Source of the DNA: Vicugna vicugna
Lineage: Eukaryota
Direction of reading: 5' to 3'
DNA: 64,000 bases
NCBI GenBank assembly: GCA_013265495.1
Contig: MU061814.1
Span: 5,707,684 to 5,771,683, forward strand
Shown: one piece after another, positions 56,801 through 64,000 of the stretch
How positions within the stretch are numbered: the first letter of the stretch is position 1
How the letters are laid out: each line of letters opens with the position of its first letter
Notes under the pieces: model-generated
What the model saw: the letters and a program-made list of their open reading frames with translations, nothing else
What the model was told of the DNA's origin: nothing
Database searches by the model: none
Made by a program: the position numbers and the translations under genes

Positions 56801-59800
56801 AGAAGGCTGACGTGTGCGCCCCTGCGCTGTCAGGGAGATTGGCTGGGGGCAAGGGTGGGCTGCAGGGAGGGCGGCCCAGCTCGAGGGCTGCATCTCCCGC
56901 GGGACCTCCAGCGAGTGATAGGGCTGCAGCTGCTCAGACCAGGCCGCAGGGCAGGGCCTGCTCGAGGCTGGGCAGCAGGGTAGGTGAGGTCGTCCACGCC
57001 TGCCTGCTCAGGGCCTTGGCCACTGAGCCAGTAACAGGAGATTCCATGTCGCCAAAGTCATGGCCACTTTGGCCCGCTAAGTCGCAGTGGGTGCTGGACT
57101 TAGCTCTGCTGTGGCTGTGACTCTGCTGGGTCGGGGGGGTCTGGACACTGAGGGTTGTGGGGAGGCCGAGGCCGGGGCAACCTAAGGGGCAGGACGGTGC
57201 TGCCTGCGTGTCCTTCCCCAGGTCAGGGTGGAGAGGGTGGGAGACCAGGCCCCTGAGGTCCCTACTGCCCCCCGCCCCGCACCGGAGGGCCCCTCTGCTC
57301 CCTCACATCTTCCTCTTGCTGCTGCTCCCGCTGTCTCCTCTCACCCACACCTGGGCTCTTGCCTCCGGCCCCCCAACTCCCTGTCTCTGACTGTCCCTCG
57401 GGAACACCGGCTCCCCCAGGCTTTGACCTGATGGCGGCCTTCGGCCTAGTGGAGAAGGAATACGCCTCCATCCGCGGTCTGGCCATGGAGCCCTCGGCGT
57501 TTGGCCCGACCAGGACCTTCACGCTCTTCAAGGACGCTCAGCTGACTCGCCGGGCCAGGTGGGGTGGCGGGGGNNNNNNNNNNNNNNNNNNNNNNNNNNN
57601 NNNNNNNNNNNNNNNNNNNNNNNNNNNNNNNNNNNGTGGCGGGGGTGGGGGTGGGGGGCTGTGACTGGAGCAGCGTGGGAGGGCACCCTCCTGGGGGTTT
57701 GTGGAAGAGGGAGCCCCAGGCCCAGCAGCTCCGCCCCCAGAGCCAGCCAGGCAGACTCTCCTGGCACAGGGGAACCTGAGTCCCACAAATGAATCAATCT
57801 CACGTGGGCAGAATGAGGCCACAGGGGTCCTTTTCCCCATGTGGCCCGGGGATTGATCAGACCTGCAGACTTCTGGGCGGGGGCCACCAGCTCTGTCTCT
57901 TGTGAGACCTCCTACCTCCCGTGTGCTTTAGTTTGATTCCACAAACCTGCAAATAGCCTGAGTCACTGTGCTCAGTGACGAACCACCAGAAAGGCTTGTT
58001 TGACGACCCCGCATCTAAGAGCCACCCCACTCTGTGTACAGAGAGGCGTCTTGAATCACAGATCGGAACTTCCACATGCACAGCATAATTTTTCCCTACG
58101 TTAAGATGTTTGAAGTTGCAAAGGTAAATCACATGCTTTAAAATAGAAATTTGAAAAGTGAGAAACATGTAAGTCTACAGAGCCCACCCCACACGACTAA
58201 GACTCAGGGCGGTTCATGCAGCCGGCTGCCTCCCCACGGACGCGGCGTGACACAGTGTGGCAGGTGTGGCCCAGGCTGGCGTCCTGTTCCTTTGCCCGAG
58301 CTTTGCTGCGAGTGTTCCCCACGATCTGCTCCCGTTCTGATTTCCTTTTAGGCTGGTTTGCAAGGTTTACTTTTTGTGCAGGGGCCTGAGGCCTGCCTCT
58401 TCCTCGGTGGCCCCTCCTCCCTCCCAAGCCTCGGTCTGGGGTCTTTGCCCGGGTGGGTCGCTCTGATTGCCAGGAACCCTGAGGTTTTGCTTCCGCGGCC
58501 TCTGCCCCTGGCCTGGCTCCACCCTCACAGCAGACCCTGCGCGCTCGTTAAACGCTGCAGAGACTCTCCGCGATCGTCCCTCTCCTGTGAGTGGGGCTCT
58601 CCCAGGGCCTCACAGTGCTCATAGGTGCTTCCTGTTTGTCTTTGCGGAGTTCACAGCCCCAGAGGTGGGCGCTGACGGTCCTGCAGGTGTGTCACCCAGC
58701 ACAGGTGTGGTCACTCCCTCCAGGTGTGTCACCCCGCACAGGAGTACCCCCATCACGATACCTGCCGCGAATGCAACCTGGGGCTGCTAAGAGTAGGAGG
58801 GTCCCTCCCTGGGTCAGGAAGGCTCCCCAGGAGGTGGCAGAGGGTAGGAGCCACTAGAGAGAGAATGGGGGAGGGGAGGGCACTCGGGTAAAGCAGCAAC
58901 ATGTGCCAAGGCCCTGGGGTCTGTTTGCTTAAAAAATTTCAAGATCGCTTCTGTGCTGGGTTTTGCAGGCTCTTAATTATCCCAGGAGCAAAGCAGGGAG
59001 GCTGTAGGCCTTTAGGAACAATTTTTTGGGGTGACTCCAATGACCCGGGGGGCGCATGGCACCAGCACAGACCCCCACCACTCACCCAGTGAGCTGCTCT
59101 CAAGGGCTTGTGCGCTCCTGACCCCCGGGAGACAGGCTCAGAGACCTCCGGCTCCAGACCCCTTGACCTGCACCTGCCCCACCCACTGAAGGATAGATTG
59201 TCGTGGATGCTGGCTGTGGTGGGACGGCCTCCCATCCCTCCTGGGGCTTGGGGCTTAGGGCTGCGTGCCACCCCAGGGGTCCCGACAGCCCCGGGAAGGG
59301 AGCTCTGACCCTTGCGCTCCCCGCGTTACTCCCGGGGAAGCGGAGGCAGGAGAGGCCCAGCCTGGCCCTGAGGACCCGCTCGGCAGCCCCGAGGGTCCGG
59401 CCTCCTCTTGGGCCTGCAGCTGCCCCCCCTGTGCCCCGACAGTGACATCCACCCGGCCGCCCTCCCCCCGGAGCACACGGTGGTCTTCCTTCTGCGCCTG
59501 CTCCCCGAGACGCCCCGAGAGGCCTTCGCGTTGTGGCAGGTGGCGGCCGAGGATTTCCAGCCCATCCTGGGGGTCCTGCTGGATGGTCAGTTGGGAGGGG
59601 GAGCAGTGGACCCAGGTCACCCCAGAAAGCAGGGGCTGCTTCCGCAGCGTGGCCTCTGAGGTTTGGGGCATGCGAGGCTTTGCACGCCCTTCATGGGGCT
59701 GTAACCCCCTCACCCTGTTCCACTCTGGGCAGGCCTGGAAGGGTCCCCCCCACCTTCTACCCAGGGGTCTCACGTGTTCTTTGCCCCTCCTCAGCCGGCA

Positions 59801-62800
59801 GAAAGTCGCTGACCTACTTCAACCGTGACCCCAGGGCCACCTTGCAGGAGGTCACCTTCGACCTGCCCGAAGTGAGAAGAATATTCTTTGGGAGCTTCCA
59901 CAAGGTCCTGGAAGTTCCCAGAAGAACCACAGCACGTCCCTCCCAGGCCTAAGACTCTCTCGGCTCCCACATTCTGGGACAGACCCCCACCCCATGGCTC
60001 TGCAGGACACAGGCTGCCCCTGTCACCATGGCTCACCCAGAATGATAGAACTTTCCTTGAGAGCCTCTGCCCCTGCAGTCCACTCTGCCCTGGACATCCT
60101 CACCTTAATCAGGGTCAAAGAGCATCCACTCCTCTTCCTGGGTCCCTTGAGTCCCTGGGAGGGGCCTGTGGTGGGTGTCATTTGGTCCATTTTACAGAGG
60201 GGAAACTGAGGCCCAGCAAGGGGGTCCCACAAGACTTGGGGTGCAGTCAGGATCCTGACCCTAGGCCCCAGGATGGTCATGTCCCTCCTCCCAGCCACGG
60301 CCCTGGCCTTGTGGGCACGGAGGGGAGCCTGTCCTGCCGGGGCGGCGGGGGACCTACCGTGGTATCTCCCAGGTGCACGTGGCCGTGGGCCACTCGAAGG
60401 TCAGGCTCTACGTGGACTGCCAGAAGGTGGCTGAGAGGCCCATCGGGGAGGCCGGCAGCCTGCCCGCTGCCGGCTTCGTCACACTGGGGAGGCTGGCCAA
60501 GGCCCGGGGACCCCGGAGCAGCTCGGCCTCGGTGAGCCTGGGCCCCGTCCCGCCGAGCCGAGTCAGTCGGGGGCCGGGGAGCCCCCTCCACTCACTGCCC
60601 GGCTGACCCTGCCCTTTCTCTCTCCGTAGTTCCAGCTCCAGTTGCTGCAGATTGTGTGCAGCGACTCCTGGGCGGAGGAGGACAGGTGCTGCGAGCTCCC
60701 AGCTTCGGTAGGCGAGGAAGTGGCCACTGAGGACAAAAAAGTCTGGGGGTAGAAGGACCATACAGGTCATTGCAGCTCTGGGAGAAATCAGGGCAGGCTT
60801 CCTGGAGGAGATGGCCCCTGGCCTGGTGCCTAAGCTAGCGTGGCTGGATGGGTATCCTGGGGCCAGGAAGCCCCCAGCTGCGGGAGCGGCCACTGCCATG
60901 TACTCAGGCCCACTGACCGTTTCTGTGGGCACAGGTGTGGGCACGAGTCCTCACTGACTCCCCCATGTGCTCACACTGGGCTTGGCCACGCTAGGGGCCT
61001 ACGAGGGAGTGAGAGAGGGAGTCCTGTCCAGGGCCTGTGCCAGGCAGCCTGGGGGCGGGCACCCAGGGCCTTGTTCCCACCCCTCACCCCAGCCTCCCAG
61101 GGGTGGGTTTGGAGATCCCTTGGTCCCCGGTGTCTGTGGATACCCTAGAGCTCAGGGTTGTACAAAAGCCCAGGGGAGGGGTCTGTTTAATGGCAGGGGT
61201 CTCTTTCTTCCAGAAGGATGGAGAGTCCTGCCCCGCCTTTCCTTCTGCTTGCACCTGTTCCTTGCAGACCCCTGGGCCCCCGGGCCCCCAGGGACCTCCG
61301 GTGAGTTCACAGCTCCTGTCCCGGGGTGACCAGGGTCTCCTGGCAACATCGGGCAGCTGATAGTGATGAGGGTGGCCCCCTCCCACGTCTCCTGGCCATC
61401 TTGTCCACCCCGGCCCACAGCTCCCCTCCTGGCTAACCCCCTCCTTCCCACTGGCCTCCCTCTCCCCAGCCGGGCCCTCTCTGCTGTTTGAGCCCACGTC
61501 TCCCCACTGGGAAGGCCCAGCGGTCTGCAGCACCGCACTGGTCCTGGGCTGGCCGGGAGTCACAGCCTCTGTTCTGGCGCTCTGGGCTGTGGGGCAGGTC
61601 CAGACCCTCTGACAACCCTGAGGCTTCCACTCGTGATTGACAGACCTCACCAGAGAGGGGCCAGGGCAGGAACCCAGACCTGCCCAGGCCGGAGCATGTG
61701 CCGTGACCAGCCACTGTGGGTAGTGGGGGGACCAGGAAACCCTCACCCCGAACCCCCTGCCTCTTCTCCACCTAAAGGTGGGGGCTGGAGTCCAGGGCAT
61801 TGCTGGGGGGGCTGATGTGCACCCTGGTCTTGGGCGGGGGGTGCTGGGCTCAGCCCTGCTTGTACACCTGCAGGGCCTCCCCGGGAGGAATGGAGCCCCA
61901 GGAGAGCAGGGCTTCCCAGGGCCCAGGGTAAGTCATGGGGGTCCTGGGGGCCTGGATGCAGGAGTGGGGCCCCACGCAGCCCAACCCCAGGCGGGATGCG
62001 GTGCCCCCTGCACGGCCCCACCCTGCGAATCGTGTGTGGGCGGGCTGGCCGTGATGGGCATCCTCTGCCTTCGCCCGTTTCTCCGTCCAGCAGCTCCAGC
62101 CCCTTTGATGGCTGCTGCCACTCTCTTGCTGGACATGCGTCCTCCACCCCCTGCTCGCTGGGTTGCTTTCCTATTCATTTGTGGGGAGCTGTACATTTCG
62201 TGGAAATATCTGTGCCCTGAGTCGCGGCTGCATTTACCCTGTTGCCCTCTGACCTGGTTTACCACGTGTGTCTCCATGCGGACTTTAAAACCGCCTTCTT
62301 TGCTCAATGCGTGGTCTATTTCTAAGGCTTTTGGCTTTTGCACCATTATAAAAGGTCTCTCTTAGTCTGAGGGTGTGCACCTCCTTGTGGTTTCTCCTCT
62401 TGTTTCTAGAACCTTCAAACACAGCAATGTGGGTTCAGCTAAATTTATTGTGTTTAAGGTGCCGAGGACGACCCCACCCTCCAGCCTCCCCAGACCACTG
62501 CCCCGTCATCTGTCCCACTTACTCACAGCGCCCCTGCCCCCCCATTTCCAACGCAGTCTTCCACGCGGCGCGCTTTCCGCAGACCGCCGCGTCCGCACAG
62601 ACGGGCCAGGTTCTGCCCGCCGGCTGTTGTCAGCGTGGGAGGCGGTTCCTGGCGTCCGGCTCCGCCATCTTCTGCCCTAAATCCTCGTTCTCTCTGTGTA
62701 TTGTTTCTGTGCCCCAGCTTCTTGTTCAATTATCTTACTTGCAATAGTTTTTTATTTTCAGATGGTTTTCTGGGAATTTCCTGGTTCAAATTTACATCAC

Positions 62801-63950
62801 CTGCAAAACATCACTTCACTGTCTCCTTTCCGATTTTTACTACTCCCGTTCATTTTTCTGGTGTTGCTGACACTCCAGAGTCTTGTCAAAGAACCACGGT
62901 CACAGTGGATGTGCTCACCTTGACTTCATGGAAATGCTCTAGGGCTTGCCGGTGGAGCGTGGTACCGGGAGGCAGACACATTATCCATGGTCAAGTCCCG
63001 GTCTTACCTGATTAGGAGATTCACAAATGCAAGAACGGATATTAGATCAGACTTCTTGCCTCCTCAACTGCTGGGACGTGACCAAATCACTTCTCTCCTG
63101 GAGCTGTTAGTCTGGTGACTGAGCTCAGGGCCTCCCGGGTGCTGAGCCACTCCTGCTCCAGCAGAAGCCAGCGCGGCCCTCGAGCGCCTCCCGCCGCCGA
63201 GCGGGCTGCAGGCTTCCCGCGCTCACGCCTTGCGTAGGGCTTCCGCACGGACAGTCACCGCCGGGAAAGCCTGTGGTTGTCCTCGTAGGATCAGGTTCAC
63301 CTATACGCTTAATTCACAGCAATTATTTGAAACCCGCAAATCAAGCAGTGTGTTTTTTGGGCGGTGGTTATTAGGTTTATTTATTTATTTTTAATTTATT
63401 TTTTAATGGAGGCACTGGGATCGAACCCAGGACCTCGTGTATGTTAAGCACACGCTCCACCACTGGGCTATACCCTCCCCCTCGAGCAATTTAAATGGCA
63501 TTCGTGTTATCTGTCCCTTAGAAGTTCGGCAGAATGTTCCGGTGTCTATAAATACAGAGCGGGGTCGTAGCAGGACCCCTCCTGGGGTGGCCAGCGAGGG
63601 TGAAGGCCCCTGGGTGGCCTCGGGCCTCAGGCTGGTAGGGCTTCGACTGGCAGGATCGAAAGAGGGGCTGCAGGAGGGGCCACGTGCCTTCTCAGCCCCA
63701 GCCCCACCCCCACCCCACCTCCAGGGAGATCCCGGGCCACCTGGACAGATGGGACCTGAGGGTCCTGGAGGTCAGCAGGGGTCACCAGGCACCCAGGGCC
63801 GAACCATCCAGGGACCCATGGTAGGTGTGGCCTACCCCCAGCCCCCTCCCCACTCTTCTCCCGTCCTCTTGCTGCCCAGTCCATCTTCCCCTCCAGGGTC
63901 CACCAGGGGTCAAAGGAGAAAAGGGGGACCATGGACTCCCCGGCTTGCAG
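38804..63950 (+). CDS. COL20A1: COL20A1, collagen type XX alpha 1 (FACIT); gene continues beyond window
   Basis: 28 GT-AG exons join to 3435 nt (1145 codons) without a stop: signal peptide, FN3, vWA with intact MIDAS (DGSWS, GNTFTG, VTDGKS), five more FN3, TSPN/LamG, start of Gly-X-Y. Confidence 0.97.
40444..41812. repeat. 62-bp minisatellite/VNTR, ~22 copies, in COL20A1 intron 2
   Basis: Unit gggcacccaccagagtgcacccccaccctcagggctctccacacccagggcgcccccccccca; copies start at 40567+62k (checked 40629, 40691, 40753, 40815, 41745); degenerate edge copies. Confidence 0.98.
42291..42401 (+). CDS. COL20A1: COL20A1 coding exon 2 (FN3-1)
   Basis: 111 nt, [36 protein letters not shown]. Confidence 0.95.
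42930..45560 (-). mobile_element. Antisense old L1 (ORF1/ORF2-endonuclease region, with a nested L1 3' piece) in COL20A1 intron 3
   Basis: T-rich block with gctctgttattaggtgcatacaaat, gctgggtatagaattttgattgg and agcaagtcccagacagc motifs typical of reverse L1M. Confidence 0.75.
43593..43662. repeat. Two-copy ~35-bp tandem duplication (CpG-rich) inside an L1 relic
   Basis: cgcggcggggctgcgctgtgcctctctcccccagca / cgcggcggggccgcgctgcgcctctcccccagca. Confidence 0.75.
45880..46160. mobile_element. MLT1A/B-like LTR fragment
   Basis: gagggctccaccctcatgacctcat ... gggggttaggatgtcagcctgtgaa ... gttcagtccacagc. Confidence 0.7.
46759..46902 (+). CDS. COL20A1: COL20A1 coding exon 3 (FN3-1)
   Basis: 144 nt, [47 protein letters not shown]. 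Confidence 0.96.
47126..47269 (+). CDS. COL20A1: COL20A1 coding exon 4 (linker)
   Basis: 144 nt, [12 protein letters not shown]...SQDLPTF; |gtgagt. Confidence 0.92.
47541..47663 (+). CDS. COL20A1: Candidate in-frame COL20A1 cassette exon (41 aa)
   Basis: ccatccccccag|GAG...CCAG|gtaaga; 123 nt, phase 1-1, no stop. Confidence 0.6.
48594..48752 (+). CDS. COL20A1: COL20A1 coding exon 5 (vWA)
   Basis: 159 nt, [36 protein letters not shown]...DKVQV. Confidence 0.97.
49095..49214 (+). CDS. COL20A1: COL20A1 coding exon 6 (vWA)
   Basis: 120 nt, [17 protein letters not shown]...YRGGNTFT. Confidence 0.96.
49765..49929 (+). CDS. COL20A1: COL20A1 coding exon 7 (vWA)
   Basis: 165 nt, [11 protein letters not shown]...[12 protein letters not shown]...VFAV. 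Confidence 0.96.
50625..50789 (+). CDS. COL20A1: COL20A1 coding exon 8 (vWA end)
   Basis: 165 nt, [27 protein letters not shown]... Confidence 0.96.
51065..51234 (+). CDS. COL20A1: COL20A1 coding exon 9 (FN3-2)
   Basis: 170 nt, ...[20 protein letters not shown]...GGTPRE; in-frame tandem CAG acceptors make the start uncertain by 9-15 nt. Confidence 0.9.
51496..51625 (+). CDS. COL20A1: COL20A1 coding exon 10 (FN3-2)
   Basis: 130 nt, [25 protein letters not shown]... Confidence 0.96.
51931..52225 (-). mobile_element. L1MB-like 3' end, antisense
   Basis: cagctttactgaga...cacccgtttaaagt...catacattcacag...aaacagaaaccctgcaccc...aaatgggatcatacagtgtgtggcctt. Confidence 0.75.
52483..52628 (+). CDS. 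COL20A1: COL20A1 coding exon 11 (FN3-3)
   Basis: 146 nt, [24 protein letters not shown]...EARE. Confidence 0.96.
52725..52848 (+). CDS. COL20A1: COL20A1 coding exon 12 (FN3-3)
   Basis: 124 nt, [23 protein letters not shown]... Confidence 0.96.
53015..53154 (+). CDS. COL20A1: COL20A1 coding exon 13 (FN3-4)
   Basis: 140 nt, [23 protein letters not shown]... Confidence 0.96.
53604..53733 (+). CDS. COL20A1: COL20A1 coding exon 14 (FN3-4)
   Basis: 130 nt, [25 protein letters not shown]... Confidence 0.95.
53997..54139 (+). CDS. COL20A1: COL20A1 coding exon 15 (FN3-5)
   Basis: 143 nt, [22 protein letters not shown]...KAHE. Confidence 0.96.
54279..54411 (+). CDS. COL20A1: COL20A1 coding exon 16 (FN3-5)
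   Basis: 133 nt, [44 protein letters not shown]. Confidence 0.96.
54771..54913 (+). CDS. COL20A1: COL20A1 coding exon 17 (FN3-6)
   Basis: 143 nt, [25 protein letters not shown]...GPEKS. Confidence 0.95.
55108..55237 (+). CDS. COL20A1: COL20A1 coding exon 18 (FN3-6)
   Basis: 130 nt, [25 protein letters not shown]...GRT. Confidence 0.95.
56381..56416 (+). CDS. COL20A1: COL20A1 coding exon 19 (short linker)
   Basis: 36 nt, [12 protein letters not shown]; CAGCAG tandem acceptor; |gtaggt. Confidence 0.9.
57420..57558 (+). CDS. COL20A1: COL20A1 coding exon 20 (TSPN)
   Basis: 139 nt, [27 protein letters not shown]...TRRA. Confidence 0.96.
57574..57635. other. Assembly gap (62 N)
   Basis: N run in the COL20A1 intron after coding exon 20. 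Confidence 0.99.
59443..59585 (+). CDS. COL20A1: COL20A1 coding exon 21 (TSPN)
   Basis: 143 nt, [32 protein letters not shown]... Confidence 0.96.
59795..59904 (+). CDS. COL20A1: COL20A1 coding exon 22 (TSPN)
   Basis: 110 nt, [21 protein letters not shown]...GSFHK. Confidence 0.96.
60373..60531 (+). CDS. COL20A1: COL20A1 coding exon 23 (TSPN)
   Basis: 159 nt, [19 protein letters not shown]...RSSSAS. Confidence 0.96.
60630..60707 (+). CDS. COL20A1: COL20A1 coding exon 24
   Basis: 78 nt, [26 protein letters not shown]. Confidence 0.95.
61214..61300 (+). CDS. COL20A1: COL20A1 coding exon 25 (start of triple helix)
   Basis: 87 nt, [29 protein letters not shown]. Confidence 0.95.
61874..61927 (+). 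CDS. COL20A1: COL20A1 coding exon 26 (54-nt collagen exon)
   Basis: [18 protein letters not shown]. Confidence 0.96.
62100..62900 (-). mobile_element. Degenerate antisense L1 ORF2 fragment
   Basis: T-rich, gggttgctttcctattcatttgt ... tctcctcttgtttctaga motifs. Confidence 0.5.
63353..63481 (-). mobile_element. tRNA-Ala-derived SINE, Vic-1-like (camelid)
   Basis: Reverse complement GGGGAGGGTATAGCCCAGTGGTGGAGCGTGTGCTTAACATACACGAGGTCCTGGGTTCGATCCCAGTGCCTCCA, then an AAAT-rich tail ATAAATAAATAAACCTAATAACC...AAAAAA; A and B boxes present. Confidence 0.85.
63725..63820 (+). CDS. COL20A1: COL20A1 coding exon 27 (96-nt collagen exon)
   Basis: [32 protein letters not shown]; ccag| and |gtaggt. Confidence 0.92.
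63897..63950 (+). CDS. COL20A1: COL20A1 coding exon 28 (54-nt collagen exon)
   Basis: [18 protein letters not shown]. Confidence 0.96.
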
Positions 63951-64000
63951 GTAGTGGGTCAGACCAGGCTCGGGGCATGTGGGCCGTGTGCTCGGGACCC

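Noticed and set aside
63405-63481. tRNA-Ala gene
   Set aside because: The anticodon loop reads AAC rather than AGC, stems are mismatched and an A-rich SINE tail follows, so it is a SINE.

Overview
GC-rich mammalian (vertebrate, intron-containing) genomic window. It is syntenic with the human 20q13.33 block NKAIN4(-) <- -> ARFGAP1(+) -> COL20A1(+). I assembled all three genes by hand from GT-AG junctions, and each frame is continuous with no internal stop. NKAIN4 has 6 coding exons in view and runs off the left edge. ARFGAP1 is complete: 12 constitutive coding exons, 420 aa, plus a 30-nt cassette exon. COL20A1 has 28 coding exons in view (1145 codons) and runs off the right edge. A tRNA-Ala-derived SINE resembling camelid Vic-1 suggests a camel, alpaca or llama source. 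Most ORFs in the supplied track are GC-driven noise. I found no clearly new gene system. The most notable items are a 62-bp, ~22-copy VNTR in COL20A1 intron 2 that has no stop codon in any plus-strand frame and follows a good splice acceptor in frame with the signal peptide; a candidate in-frame 123-nt COL20A1 cassette exon; several candidate alternative-splicing elements in the ALPS region of ARFGAP1; and lineage- or individual-specific coding changes. Repeat family names and human/rodent comparisons are from recall of consensus sequences, not from a search.
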